DNA of 64,000 nucleotides from Erythrobacter sp. (GTDB lineage: Bacteria > Pseudomonadota > Alphaproteobacteria > Sphingomonadales > Sphingomonadaceae): contig OZ244168.1 of the NCBI GenBank assembly GCA_965216555.1, positions 80,601 to 144,600 of the forward strand, written 5' to 3'. The position numbers and the translations under genes were made by a program. The stretch's first letter is position 1. Every line of letters begins with the position of its first letter. Under the pieces are notes generated by a model. That model was given only the letters and a program-made list of their open reading frames with translations. It was not told where the DNA came from and did not search any database. Shown here one piece after another: positions 18,736 through 29,199 of this stretch.

Positions 18736-20136
18736 CTAGTGCAATGCGGGTTGCTGTTCCGCTACGGCATCGCGACCGCCGCCGCGCTTAGGGCGAGAGC
18801 CGGAGGTCTTTTTGCGCGTTCCAAGCCGCGCCGATTCGAGCCGGAGGCAATATGTGTTGAGGGCGATTTGCAGCCCGATGATCTTGAAGAACATCGGTTG
18901 GTACGCGATGCCTTGGAACAGCGCTCCGACCAGATAGATCAGGCTCGCGATTTGGAGCGCCGCCGCCATCGGCGCGATCCACGCCTCGTTTTCCTCTTTG
19001 CGCTGGCGCCAGCGACGATAGATGCGCTCCATCTGCCACACGCCCAGCCCCTGCAACCAAAGCCAGATGAAGAGGCCCGGATAGCCCTGCTCACCCAAGA
19101 CTTCGAAGATCGCTGAGTGGTAGGCGCGGGCTTCGTCGGTCACTTCGCGATATTCGACCGAGGTCGTGTTCCCGACCTCCTCGCGCACTGGCATTTCGTA
19201 AGTGAATGAATTGCCGCGAAACGCGTCAAAGCCGCCCCCAAACGGGTTTTGCGAGACATATTCGAAGGTCCAGGCCCAAACCGCGACACGGGTAGACGCG
19301 CTTTCATCGCCGCCTGGCTGCGCAAGCGTGGCCATGCGCTCGTAATAGCTCGGCGGCAGGAAGGGCAGCGCGGCAAGGCCAAGCGCGGCGCCAGCGACGA
19401 CAAAGGTCAGGCGTTTCTTGGTGTAGCGCAACAACAGAACGCCGAGCGCCGCGATACAGACCAGGCCCGTTCGTGCCTCAGTCCCGATCGGGATCAACAG
19501 GCTCGCAAAGATCAGCGCGACCGCAAACAGCGTGACATACCAGGCCGGTTTGATGATCGTGCCGTAGCGCGTGAACCAAGCGATCATCGGGATCAGGCCG
19601 ATGGCTACGGTCGCCAGGGTGGAGCTTTCATAGAGACCACTATTGTCGTTGACGAAGAATTTGAGATTTTCATAACCGCCACCGCCAAGCACGGTCTTCA
19701 TCCCGGTTGCGATGACAATCATTGAGACCGCCAGCACCATGACCAATGCCAAAGCTTCGAGGCGCAGCCTTGTGGTGATCGTCAACGGTAGGAAGATGGC
19801 GAAGAACAGCGCCTTCCACACCCATTCCCATTTGAGCTCCGCTTCAACCGGGAAGTCAGCATTGCCCGTGGTCCACCAGCAATAGACCAGCAGCGCCAGC
19901 ATCAAACCCTGCCGCAAGGTGAAGCGCGAGCCTTCCTTGCGATCAAGCACTGCCCAGCCGACAAAGGCCGCGCAAAAGGCGATGAACGAGACTGAGAGAT
20001 TGGTGATGATCCCGTAGCCGATCTGCTGAGGCGCCAGGATATCGATGTAGATATAAAGCAGCACCCACAGATAAGGGCGCCGCAGGCCTAGGAGCAATAC
20101 AAACCCGATAAAGGCGATGAAGGCGAGATCGATCAT
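18736..20136 (-). CDS. Putative O-glycosylation ligase / Wzy-C family, exosortase-A (PEP-CTERM) associated
   Basis: Multi-TM; MIDLAF...GLRRP start, SASTRVAVW, AYHSAIFEVLGEQGYPG. Confidence 0.8.
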   Translation of the reverse strand: MIDLAFIAFIGFVLLLGLRRPYLWVLLYIYIDILAPQQIGYGIITNLSVSFIAFCAAFVGWAVLDRKEGSRFTLRQGLMLALLVYCWWTTGNADFPVEAELKWEWVWKALFFAIFLPLTITTRLRLEALALVMVLAVSMIVIATGMKTVLGGGGYENLKFFVNDNSGLYESSTLATVAIGLIPMIAWFTRYGTIIKPAWYVTLFAVALIFASLLIPIGTEARTGLVCIAALGVLLLRYTKKRLTFVVAGAALGLAALPFLPPSYYERMATLAQPGGDESASTRVAVWAWTFEYVSQNPFGGGFDAFRGNSFTYEMPVREEVGNTTSVEYREVTDEARAYHSAIFEVLGEQGYPGLFIWLWLQGLGVWQMERIYRRWRQRKEENEAWIAPMAAALQIASLIYLVGALFQGIAYQPMFFKIIGLQIALNTYCLRLESARLGTRKKTSGSRPKRGGGRDAVAEQQPALH

Positions 20137-20309
20137 GCTTGGTCCTCGACCTCGCGCGATCGCTTGTGACGCGCCTTGTCGCGGGCACGTTTGCGTTGTT
20201 TGGCCTGTTCGAGGACCGGATCCACATCAAGCTCGTCCCTCTGCACCAGGCGCAGAAAGGCATAGGCCAGCAGGCCATGGCCAAGGGCAAGAGCAAAATA
20301 GTCAATCAT
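20133..20309 (-). CDS. 58-aa single-TM protein translationally coupled to the ligase gene
   Basis: Hand translation: MIDYFALALGHGLLAYAFLRLVQRDELDVDPVLEQAKQRKRARDKARHKRSREVEDQA*. Stop overlaps the ligase ATG (ATGA). Not in the track. Confidence 0.7.
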   Translation of the reverse strand: MIDYFALALGHGLLAYAFLRLVQRDELDVDPVLEQAKQRKRARDKARHKRSREVEDQA

Positions 20310-20366
20310 TGTCTTCTCTTAGCGAGCATTGTCGCCCGCAATATCCTGCGCCTTAAAGCAACGCGG

Positions 20367-20390
20367 TTGACGGCCCGTTAAGCACATTCG
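20367..20390. promoter_or_regulatory. CtrA-like site TTGA-N7-TTAA within an extended 24-bp motif
   Basis: TTGACGGCCCGTTAAGCACATTCG; the same pattern recurs at 42485-42508. Confidence 0.5.
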
Positions 20391-20409
20391 TGGCAATAGG
20401 TTTCCCATC

Positions 20410-21681
20410 ATGCGCGTACTTCACGTTCTCGACCATTCACTGCCGCTGCATAGCGGGTACACCTTTCGCACGCGCGCGATCCTCAAAGCGCAAGAGCGAT
20501 TGGGCATAGAAGTGCGCGGAATTACCGGGGTTCGTCACGCTGGCGCGGAAGATGCCCCGGATCGTGAAACGGTTGATGGCCTGACCTTTCAGCGCACGCC
20601 TGGATCGCCGGGCGGACTGCCGGTGCTGGGCGAGCTGTCTGAAATCGCCAAACTTTCGCAGTCGATCCAAGTGTTCGCATCGCAATGGCGGCCCGACGTC
20701 ATTCACGCCCATTCACCCGCGCTCTGTGGCGCCGCTGCCTGGCGCGCCTCGCAGGCCTTGGGCGTGCCGTTCGTCTATGAAATTCGCGCGTTCTGGGAGG
20801 ATGCCGCGGTAGGCAACAAGACCGGCACTGAGAATTCACTCAAATACAAGATGACGCGCGCACTAGAAACTCACGTGGCCAAGAATGCCGATGCCGTGTT
20901 CACGATCTGCCAGGGCCTTCGCGACGATCTGACAGCGCGCGGCCTGCCGCAAAGCACAACCAGTGTGATGCCCAACGGTGTCGACCTGAGCCTGTTTGGC
21001 GATCCGCCCGCACGCGACGATGCGCTCGCTGCCGAGCTCGGCATCGCACCCGATGCCGATGTGATCGGGTTTATCGGCAGCTTTTACGATTACGAAGGTC
21101 TCGATGATCTGATCGCAGCCATGCCGATCTTGCGCCAAACACGGCCAAGCGCGCGACTGCTCTTGGTCGGCGGCGGTGAGTGCGACAAGGCGTTGCGGGC
21201 ACAAGCGGCGGCCCTGCCCGATCCCGATGCGGTGATCTTCACTGGACGGGTCCCTCACAGTGAGGTTGAGCGCTATTATTCGCTGATTGATCTGCTCGCC
21301 TATCCGCGCAAGCACAGCCGGTTGACCGACCTTGTAACCCCGCTCAAACCGCTCGAAGCCATGGCGCAGCAGCGCATTGTCGCTGCGTCCGATGTTGGCG
21401 GACATCGCGAACTTATCACCGATCGCAAGACTGGCTATCTGTTCGCTCCGGACAATCCGGCCGCTTGTGCGGCCAAGCTCGATCAAGTGCTGGCTGATCG
21501 CCAATCTTGGGACGCGGTTAGACAAGCTGGCGTCGAGCATGTCCGCACGCGCCACGACTGGTCGCGCAACGCTGAAAATTATCTCGACGTTTACCAAGCC
21601 TTGGTATCGCCACATTCGATTTCGTCTCACGCTCCCGATCACGATCAGGGGCCGGACAGCAAGATCAGGATCGGAGCCTAG
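20410..21681 (+). CDS. GT4 glycosyltransferase, PEP-CTERM/exosortase-A associated (TIGR04063-like)
   Basis: MRVLHVLDHSLPLHSGYTFRT, YEIRAFWEDAAV, GFIGSFYDYEGL, VTPLKPLEAMA. Confidence 0.88.
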   Translation: MRVLHVLDHSLPLHSGYTFRTRAILKAQERLGIEVRGITGVRHAGAEDAPDRETVDGLTFQRTPGSPGGLPVLGELSEIAKLSQSIQVFASQWRPDVIHAHSPALCGAAAWRASQALGVPFVYEIRAFWEDAAVGNKTGTENSLKYKMTRALETHVAKNADAVFTICQGLRDDLTARGLPQSTTSVMPNGVDLSLFGDPPARDDALAAELGIAPDADVIGFIGSFYDYEGLDDLIAAMPILRQTRPSARLLLVGGGECDKALRAQAAALPDPDAVIFTGRVPHSEVERYYSLIDLLAYPRKHSRLTDLVTPLKPLEAMAQQRIVAASDVGGHRELITDRKTGYLFAPDNPAACAAKLDQVLADRQSWDAVRQAGVEHVRTRHDWSRNAENYLDVYQALVSPHSISSHAPDHDQGPDSKIRIGA

Positions 21682-21687
21682 GTCGCG

Positions 21688-22626
21688 ATGGCCTTAGAAT
21701 GGCACAATCACGGACAATCGACGGTGGCGGCACTCATCCGCCATCCCGCCTTTGCGCCCCTTATCGCGGCATGGTTTGCGATCCTGTTGGGCGCGGCGAT
21801 CCTTGTTCAACCCGCAAGCTCGATTGCCAGCATCACGGCCACGGTTGAATTGACCGCCCTCGGCGAATTCGCTCGAATTGGCTTGGCCCTGATCGCAGCG
21901 ATGCTGGGAGGCGCGCTTGGCTGGTTTGGTGCCAAGGCGCTGCAACCACGCCGCCAGCTCGAGGACGAAGAGATCGAAGACGAAGCGCATGCCCGCGTGC
22001 GACCGATCGTCGCTTCGGAAGATCTCGGGATCAACAGCTTCGATGATCCGGTCGACCAGGACGCTTGGAAAGACTGGACAGAAGAAGACGAGGAACCAGA
22101 AGTCCAGAACGTCGATGCCTTTGCCGATCTCGAAGAGATTGATGACGATGCCTGGGTGGAAGCGGACAATGATGTGCCGGACGCTGACAGCGACTTGCTT
22201 GAGCTGACCGACATTGCCGAAGAGCACGATGCCGCTCCAGAGCTGCCAGAAAAGCCAAAAGACGTCGTCGCAGAACCCGAATCGGACACTATCTCGACTG
22301 AGTCCAACTTGCCTGTCTTTGCGCGCCGCATCCAAGCCGGCAGCGCGATCGAGAAGCTCCGCGAACTGCCCACCGAACAATTGAGCCTGGTGCAGATGGT
22401 CGAACGCTTCGCTGCCGCACTGCATGAACATCAGGAGCAAAACGGCAAGAATGCGCCTCCGCAAGAGGATGCCGCTTTGGCTGAAGGCTTACGGGCCCTG
22501 TCCTTGCTTAGCGGCGAAAATCCTCTCTCATCGGCCAGTGAGCCGACTGGCGAAGACGCGCCTCAGACCCATGCTGAGCTGCGCGATGCCCTGGACAAAT
22601 TGCGCGAATTGAGCGGCGTAGCCTGA
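21688..22626 (+). CDS. Hypothetical membrane-anchored protein with long acidic linker and C-terminal helical domain
   Basis: Two TM segments, D/E-rich residues ~90-200, C-terminal LSLVQMVERFAAAL...LRDALDKLRELSGVA; 6 nt after the GT gene. Confidence 0.8.
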   Translation: MALEWHNHGQSTVAALIRHPAFAPLIAAWFAILLGAAILVQPASSIASITATVELTALGEFARIGLALIAAMLGGALGWFGAKALQPRRQLEDEEIEDEAHARVRPIVASEDLGINSFDDPVDQDAWKDWTEEDEEPEVQNVDAFADLEEIDDDAWVEADNDVPDADSDLLELTDIAEEHDAAPELPEKPKDVVAEPESDTISTESNLPVFARRIQAGSAIEKLRELPTEQLSLVQMVERFAAALHEHQEQNGKNAPPQEDAALAEGLRALSLLSGENPLSSASEPTGEDAPQTHAELRDALDKLRELSGVA

Positions 22627-22696
22627 CTTTCGGTCGCTGCGCTTCTGCGCAACAGAGCCTGGGCAATCTTGCATCCAACGCAATGCGTGCATAGCT

Positions 22697-22715
22697 TTTC
22701 AATAGTATATTGAAA
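22697..22715. promoter_or_regulatory. Candidate operator TTTCAATA-GTA-TATTGAAA upstream of gltB
   Basis: Perfect 8-3-8 AT-rich palindrome about 175 nt upstream of the gltB start. Confidence 0.55.
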
Positions 22716-22890
22716 GATTCCTACGCTGTTCGCGGTTGCAAAAACCGATTTCTGTCGGCAATAGAGCGCCTGAACAGTGCCGGAGGCCCGCGAAAATGGG
22801 CGCCAGCGCAACATTCTGCCGACACCCCGGGCTGCCCCGGTCCAACCAGACCCACCTGGGAGTTGGCATCTGACAGGACGGATTTTCGCC

Positions 22891-25800
22891 ATGGGATATC
22901 CAAATTCCCAGGGTCTTTACGACCCAGCCAATGAACATGACGCCTGCGGCGTCGGAATGGTCGCCCATATCAAGGGCGAGAAATCACATGCAATTGTCGA
23001 GCAGTCGCTCGAGATCCTCAATCGCATCGACCATCGCGGGGCCGTCGGGGCCGACCCGCTATTGGGCGACGGTGCCGGAATTCTGCTGCAGATCCCCGAT
23101 CCCCTGTTTCGCAGCTGGGCTGACGAACATGGTCACGCTCTGCCAGCAGAGGGTCAATATGCGGTGGCAATGTGTTTCATGCCGCAAGACGAAGCCGCGC
23201 GCGCTTTCGTGACAGAGCAGTTCGAAAAGTTCACGGCAAAGGAAGGCCAGCGCTTTGTCGGCTGGCGCGATGTCCCGACCACGCTCGATGGGCTTGGCAA
23301 GGCGGTTATCGATTCGATGCCGGTGATCCAGCAGGCAGTCATCGCGATGGGTGACAATTGCGCCGATCAAGATGCATTCGAGCGCAAAGTCCTGGTGATC
23401 CGCAAGCAGGTCCAGAACCCACTGGCAAAGCTGGCTGAGAAGCATGACCTCCCCGGCCTGACCGAACTCTATGTTCCAAGCTTTTCGAGCCGCACGATCG
23501 TCTACAAAGGCCTGCTGCTGTGCGATCAGGTGGGTTCCTTCTTCGATGATCTGCGCGATCCGGATTGCGTTTCCGCGCTGGGCTTGGTTCACCAACGCTT
23601 TTCAACCAACACTTTCCCTAGCTGGCGGCTGGCGCACCCCTTCCGCCTGATCGCGCATAATGGCGAGATCAACACTGTCCGCGGCAATGTGAACTGGATG
23701 AATGCGCGCCGGCGCACGATGGAATCCGAACTTCTCGGCGTCGATCTCGACAAGATGTGGCCGATCATCCCGCACGGCCAATCTGACACTGCTTGCCTAG
23801 ACAATGCACTCGAACTGCTGCTGGCCGGTGGCTACAGCCTGGCGCACGCCATGATGATGCTGATCCCCGAAGCGTGGTCAGGCAACGAGCTGATGGATCC
23901 GGATCGCCGCGCCTTCTATGAATATCACGCGGCTCTGATGGAGCCATGGGACGGTCCCGCGGCTGTCTGCTTCACCGATGGCCGCCAGATCGGTGCCACG
24001 CTGGACAGGAACGGGCTGCGCCCAGCGCGATTCTGCGTCACCAAGGACGACATTGTCTGCCTCGCTTCGGAAAGCGGCGTGCTGCCGTTTGCCGAAGAAG
24101 ACATCACGCGCAAATGGCGATTGCAGCCAGGCAAGATGCTGCTGATCGATCTCGAACAGGGCCGCATCATCGAAGACGAAGAGCTCAAAGCAGATCTCGC
24201 CAGCGCTGAGCCCTATGCCAACTGGCTCGACAAGGCACAGTTCAAGCTTGAGGACATCAGCGAGATCGAGCCCGAATTGTCTGAAGTGCCGCAGCACGAG
24301 ACTTCACTGCTCGAGCGTCAGCAGGCATTTGGCTATACGCAAGAGGATGTTTCGCGCTTCCTCGAGCCAATGGCTACCAAGGGTGACGATCCGATCGGAT
24401 CGATGGGAACCGATACGCCAATCGCGGTCCTGTCCGATCGTTCGCGACTGCTCTACGACTATTTCAAACAGAACTTTGCGCAGGTCACCAACCCGCCGAT
24501 TGATCCGATCCGCGAAGAGCTGGTGATGAGCCTGCTTTCGATGATTGGGCCGAGGCCCAATCTGTTGGGCCATGACGCGGGCACGCACAAACGCCTCGAA
24601 GTCGATCAGCCGATCCTGACCAATGAGGATCTGGCCAAGATCCGTTCGGTCGAAGCGGTGCTCGATGGCGCATTCCGCTGCGCTACCATCGACATCACCT
24701 GGGATGCCGAAAGCGGGGTCGAAGGCATCGAGCTTGCGCTCAAGGAAATGTGCTGGGCGGCGACAGAGGCCGTGCTGCAGGATCACAACATTTTGATCCT
24801 GTCCGATCGCGCCCAGAATGCCGATCGCGTGCCAATGCCGGCGCTCTTGGCGACCGCCGCGGTCCACCACCATCTCGTACGCCAAGGCCTGCGGATGCAG
24901 ACAGGCCTGGTGATCGAAACGGGTGAAGCGCGCGAAGTGCATCATTTCTGCGTTTTGGCCGGTTTCGGTGCTGAAGCCGTGAACCCCTATGTTGCGTTCG
25001 AGACGCTCGAAGACATCCGCACTGCCAAACATTCCGAACTGTCTGCCGAACAGGTCCAGCAGAACTACATCAAGGCGATCGGCAAAGGCATTCGCAAGGT
25101 CATGTCGAAGATGGGTATCTCGACCTACCAATCCTATTGCGGAGCGCAGATCTTTGACGCCGTTGGTCTTTCAACGGCGTTTATCGAGAAGTATTTCACT
25201 GGCACCGCCACGACGATTGAGGGTGTCGGCCTGGAAGAGGTCGCGCAAGAGAGCGTCGCGCGGCATGCCCAAGCCTATGGCAATAACCCGCTCTATGACA
25301 GCATGCTCGATGTTGGCGGCATCTATCAGTTCCGCCTCCGTGGCGAGGCCCATGCCTGGACGCCGCAGAATGTCGCACAATTGCAGCATGCTGTTCGAGG
25401 CAACGACGCGAAGAATTACGAAGAGTTTGCCGCGTCGATCAACGAACAATCGGAGCGTCTGCTTACGATCCGCGGTCTGATGGAGCTCAAATCGGCGGAT
25501 CAGGCTGTTCCGCTCGACGAAGTTGAGCCAGCAAGCGAGATCGTCAAGCGCTTCAGCACCGGTGCGATGAGCTTTGGTTCGATCAGCCACGAAGCGCATT
25601 CGACGCTTGCCGTCGCAATGAACCGCATGGGCGGACGCTCTAACACCGGTGAAGGTGGCGAAGAGCCATTCCGTTTCCAGCCGCTCGACAATGGCGATTC
25701 GATGCGCAGCCGGATCAAGCAGGTTGCCTCTGGTCGATTTGGTGTGACCACCGAATATCTCGTCAATTCCGATGATATCCAGATCAAGATGGCGCAGGGT

Positions 25801-27531
25801 GCTAAACCTGGTGAAGGCGGACAATTGCCAGGCCACAAGGTCGACAAGCGGATTGGTGCCGTCAGGCACTCAACTCCGGGCGTCGGTTTGATTTCGCCTC
25901 CGCCGCACCACGATATCTATTCGATCGAGGATCTCGCGCAGCTGATCCACGATCTCAAAAACGTGCAGCCCGAGGCGCGTATTTCGGTCAAGCTGGTGTC
26001 CGAAGTCGGGGTGGGAACTGTCGCCGCAGGCGTGTCCAAAGCGCGCGCCGATCACGTCACGATTTCCGGATATGACGGAGGCACGGGCGCCTCCCCGCTG
26101 ACCAGCCTCACCCATGCCGGGTCGCCTTGGGAGATTGGCCTCGCCGAAACCCAACAGACCCTGCTGCTCAACGATTTGCGCACCCGTATCGCGGTGCAGG
26201 TCGATGGTGGACTGCGTACCGGCCGCGACGTCGCCATTGGCGCGCTTTTGGGCGCTGACGAATTTGGCTTTGCAACTGCGCCACTGATCGCTGCCGGCTG
26301 CATCATGATGCGCAAATGCCACCTCAACACCTGCCCGGTTGGCGTCGCGACGCAGGATCCGGAGTTGCGCAAGCGCTTCACCGGCGAACCCGAGCATGTG
26401 ATCAACTATTTCTTCTTCGTGGCGGAAGAGCTGCGTCAGATCATGGCGGATATGGGTTTCCGGACGGTCGAGGAAATGATCGGTCGGGTCGACCGCGTCG
26501 ACATGTCGCGCGTCCACCGCCACTGGAAAGCGCGCGGCATCGACCTTTCGCGTTTGCTCCACTCAATCGACCTTGCTGAAGGTGCCGCGCTGACCAACAC
26601 TGAGGGCCAGGATCACGGCCTTGATGGCGCGCTCGACAACGCGCTTATCGCGGATTGCAAAGACGCGATTGCGGCCAAGACTCCGGTCCAGCTCGATTAT
26701 GAGATCCGCAACGTACACCGTACGGTCGGAACGATGCTGTCGGGCGAAGTGGCAAAGGCTCACGGCCATGAAGGTCTCGCCCCCGATACAATCCGAGTCA
26801 ATCTGACCGGAGTTGCAGGGCAAAGCTTCGGCGCGTGGCTGGCACACGGCATCACGCTCGACCTGTCGGGCGATGCCAATGATTACGTCGGCAAAGGCAT
26901 CAGCGGTGGCCGGATTATCGTGCGTCAACCCGATGCCGCTTCACGCGATCCGGGCGACAACATCATTGTCGGCAATACGGTGCTTTATGGCGCGATTGCA
27001 GGCGAGGCTTATTTCAACGGCGTTGCGGGCGAGCGCTTCGCGGTGCGCAATTCGGGCGCCATTGCGGTGGTTGAAGGCGCGGGCGATCATGCCTGCGAAT
27101 ATATGACTGGCGGCGTGGTGGTTGTTCTGGGCAAGACCGGTCGTAACTTTGCTGCCGGGATGAGCGGCGGGGTCGCTTATGTCTATGATCCGGATGGCGA
27201 ATTCAGCAAATTGGTCAATCACGCACAGGTTGATCTGATGCCAATTTCGGCCGAGCCCGATGCTGACGAAGGCGCCGGTCGCCCCAGCCAAAGACCGCGG
27301 ACGGTGAGCGATTTTGGCATGGGCGACATGCTGCGCCATGACGCCGAGCGGCTCAAGATCCTGGTCGAGCGTCACAAGCTCCACACGGGCAGTGCCAAGG
27401 CGAGCGCGTTGCTCGACAATTGGGGTGATGCGCTTGGCAAATTCGTCAAGGTGATGCCGCGCGACTACGCTCGGGCGCTCAAATCGCTCGAAGCCGAGCG
27501 CGAAGAAGCAGCGTCAGTCGCGGCCGAGTAA
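22891..27531 (+). CDS. gltB: Glutamate synthase large subunit
   Basis: EHDACGVG (N-terminal nucleophile Cys after processing), [46 protein letters not shown]. Start at 22891. Confidence 0.98.
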   Translation: MGYPNSQGLYDPANEHDACGVGMVAHIKGEKSHAIVEQSLEILNRIDHRGAVGADPLLGDGAGILLQIPDPLFRSWADEHGHALPAEGQYAVAMCFMPQDEAARAFVTEQFEKFTAKEGQRFVGWRDVPTTLDGLGKAVIDSMPVIQQAVIAMGDNCADQDAFERKVLVIRKQVQNPLAKLAEKHDLPGLTELYVPSFSSRTIVYKGLLLCDQVGSFFDDLRDPDCVSALGLVHQRFSTNTFPSWRLAHPFRLIAHNGEINTVRGNVNWMNARRRTMESELLGVDLDKMWPIIPHGQSDTACLDNALELLLAGGYSLAHAMMMLIPEAWSGNELMDPDRRAFYEYHAALMEPWDGPAAVCFTDGRQIGATLDRNGLRPARFCVTKDDIVCLASESGVLPFAEEDITRKWRLQPGKMLLIDLEQGRIIEDEELKADLASAEPYANWLDKAQFKLEDISEIEPELSEVPQHETSLLERQQAFGYTQEDVSRFLEPMATKGDDPIGSMGTDTPIAVLSDRSRLLYDYFKQNFAQVTNPPIDPIREELVMSLLSMIGPRPNLLGHDAGTHKRLEVDQPILTNEDLAKIRSVEAVLDGAFRCATIDITWDAESGVEGIELALKEMCWAATEAVLQDHNILILSDRAQNADRVPMPALLATAAVHHHLVRQGLRMQTGLVIETGEAREVHHFCVLAGFGAEAVNPYVAFETLEDIRTAKHSELSAEQVQQNYIKAIGKGIRKVMSKMGISTYQSYCGAQIFDAVGLSTAFIEKYFTGTATTIEGVGLEEVAQESVARHAQAYGNNPLYDSMLDVGGIYQFRLRGEAHAWTPQNVAQLQHAVRGNDAKNYEEFAASINEQSERLLTIRGLMELKSADQAVPLDEVEPASEIVKRFSTGAMSFGSISHEAHSTLAVAMNRMGGRSNTGEGGEEPFRFQPLDNGDSMRSRIKQVASGRFGVTTEYLVNSDDIQIKMAQGAKPGEGGQLPGHKVDKRIGAVRHSTPGVGLISPPPHHDIYSIEDLAQLIHDLKNVQPEARISVKLVSEVGVGTVAAGVSKARADHVTISGYDGGTGASPLTSLTHAGSPWEIGLAETQQTLLLNDLRTRIAVQVDGGLRTGRDVAIGALLGADEFGFATAPLIAAGCIMMRKCHLNTCPVGVATQDPELRKRFTGEPEHVINYFFFVAEELRQIMADMGFRTVEEMIGRVDRVDMSRVHRHWKARGIDLSRLLHSIDLAEGAALTNTEGQDHGLDGALDNALIADCKDAIAAKTPVQLDYEIRNVHRTVGTMLSGEVAKAHGHEGLAPDTIRVNLTGVAGQSFGAWLAHGITLDLSGDANDYVGKGISGGRIIVRQPDAASRDPGDNIIVGNTVLYGAIAGEAYFNGVAGERFAVRNSGAIAVVEGAGDHACEYMTGGVVVVLGKTGRNFAAGMSGGVAYVYDPDGEFSKLVNHAQVDLMPISAEPDADEGAGRPSQRPRTVSDFGMGDMLRHDAERLKILVERHKLHTGSAKASALLDNWGDALGKFVKVMPRDYARALKSLEAEREEAASVAAE

Positions 27532-27554
27532 GTTACGGGAATACGAGAAAGAGC

Positions 27555-28991
27555 ATGGGCAAGGACACGGGTTTTCTTGAGCTGGATCGGCGCGAACGCG
27601 ACTATCTCGATCCCAAGGAACGGCTGCAGAATTATCGCGAATTCGTCGTCCAGCCGGACGATGCGACGCTTTCTTCGCAAGCCTCACGCTGCATGGATTG
27701 CGGCATTCCCTATTGTCACAATGGTTGCCCAGTGAACAACATGATCCCGGACTGGAATCATCTTGTCTACGAGAATGACTGGCGCAACGCGCTCGACACA
27801 CTGCATTCGACCAACAACTTCCCGGAATTCACCGGTCGCATCTGCCCGGCACCATGCGAGGCAAGTTGCACGCTCAACATCATCGACCAGCCGGTTACGA
27901 TCAAATCGATCGAATGCGCGATCGTCGATCGCGGCTGGCAAGAAGGCTGGATCGAGCCGCAAATCGCTAAGCACAAGACAGGCAAATCGGTCGCTGTGGT
28001 GGGATCAGGGCCAGCCGGCATGGCCTGCGCTCAGCAGCTTGCCCGGGCCGGACACAGCGTCACCCTGTTTGAAAAGAGCGATCGCGTCGGCGGTCTGCTC
28101 CGCTACGGTATTCCTGACTTCAAGATGGAGAAGCACCTGATCAATCGACGCTGCGTCCAGATGGAGGCAGAAGGCGTCGAGTTCAAAACCTCCAAGGAAG
28201 TGGGCGTCGACATCTCGTTCAAGAGCCTGCAGGAGAACTTTGACGCGATCGTGCTGTCCGGCGGGGCGGAAGACGCGCGCCAGCTTGGCATTCCGGGCGC
28301 TGAAATGAATGGCGTGCGGCTGGCGATGGAATTCCTCACGCAACAGAACAAGCGCAATGCCGGTGACGATGAGGTTCGCGCTGCTCCGCGCGGATCGCTT
28401 CTTGCGACGGACAAGAATGTGGTTGTGATCGGCGGAGGCGATACGGGCTCGGACTGTGTCGGCACATCCAATCGGCAGGGTGCAAAAAGCGTCACTCAGC
28501 TGGAGATCATGCCCAAGCCTCCTGAGAAGGAAGACAAGGCGATGACCTGGCCCGATTGGCCGCTCAAGCTGCGCACTTCATCGAGCCACGAAGAGGGCGT
28601 CGATCGCGATTGGTCGGTCCTGACCAAGCGCGTGGTCGGTGACGGTGAGACCGTGACCGGACTGGAATGCGCACGGGTCGAATGGGTTGACGGCCAGATG
28701 CGCGAGATCGTCGGCAGCGAATTCACGATCGAGGCCGATCTGATCCTGCTTGCCATGGGCTTTGTCGGTCCGAAAAAGGCCGGTCTGCTCGAACAGGCAG
28801 GCGTTGAACTGACCGATCGCGGCAATATCGCCGCCGACACCAACAGCTACGCTACCAATGTCGAAAATGTCTTCGCATGCGGCGATATGCGGCGCGGCCA
28901 AAGTCTGGTTGTCTGGGCGATCCGCGAAGGCCGCCAATGCGCCCGCTCGGTAGATGAAGCTCTGATGGGTGTGTCCGAACTGCCACGCTAA
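27555..28991 (+). CDS. gltD: Glutamate synthase small subunit
   Basis: [44 protein letters not shown]. Confidence 0.97.
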   Translation: MGKDTGFLELDRRERDYLDPKERLQNYREFVVQPDDATLSSQASRCMDCGIPYCHNGCPVNNMIPDWNHLVYENDWRNALDTLHSTNNFPEFTGRICPAPCEASCTLNIIDQPVTIKSIECAIVDRGWQEGWIEPQIAKHKTGKSVAVVGSGPAGMACAQQLARAGHSVTLFEKSDRVGGLLRYGIPDFKMEKHLINRRCVQMEAEGVEFKTSKEVGVDISFKSLQENFDAIVLSGGAEDARQLGIPGAEMNGVRLAMEFLTQQNKRNAGDDEVRAAPRGSLLATDKNVVVIGGGDTGSDCVGTSNRQGAKSVTQLEIMPKPPEKEDKAMTWPDWPLKLRTSSSHEEGVDRDWSVLTKRVVGDGETVTGLECARVEWVDGQMREIVGSEFTIEADLILLAMGFVGPKKAGLLEQAGVELTDRGNIAADTNSYATNVENVFACGDMRRGQSLVVWAIREGRQCARSVDEALMGVSELPR

Positions 28992-29118
28992 CGCAAAGGT
29001 TGGTGTGGACTGCTGATTTCTTAAGGTGTCAATCGCTATTCGCTTGCCTATTCTCGGTCGAGCAGGCAGCCAATGGCTGCGTCGCATCATATCGGCCGCT
29101 AGAAGCCGAACCACTTGG

Positions 29119-29144
29119 GCCTTGTTTCGACAAGGCTTTGTTTT
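29119..29144 (+). terminator. Rho-independent terminator after gltBD
   Basis: GCCTTGT-TTCG-ACAAGGC followed by TTTGTTTT. Confidence 0.7.
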
Positions 29145-29199
29145 GACGGGAGGAAATGGCAGCGGGCTGACATCGCCAGCACGAATGCCGAAATGAGAT

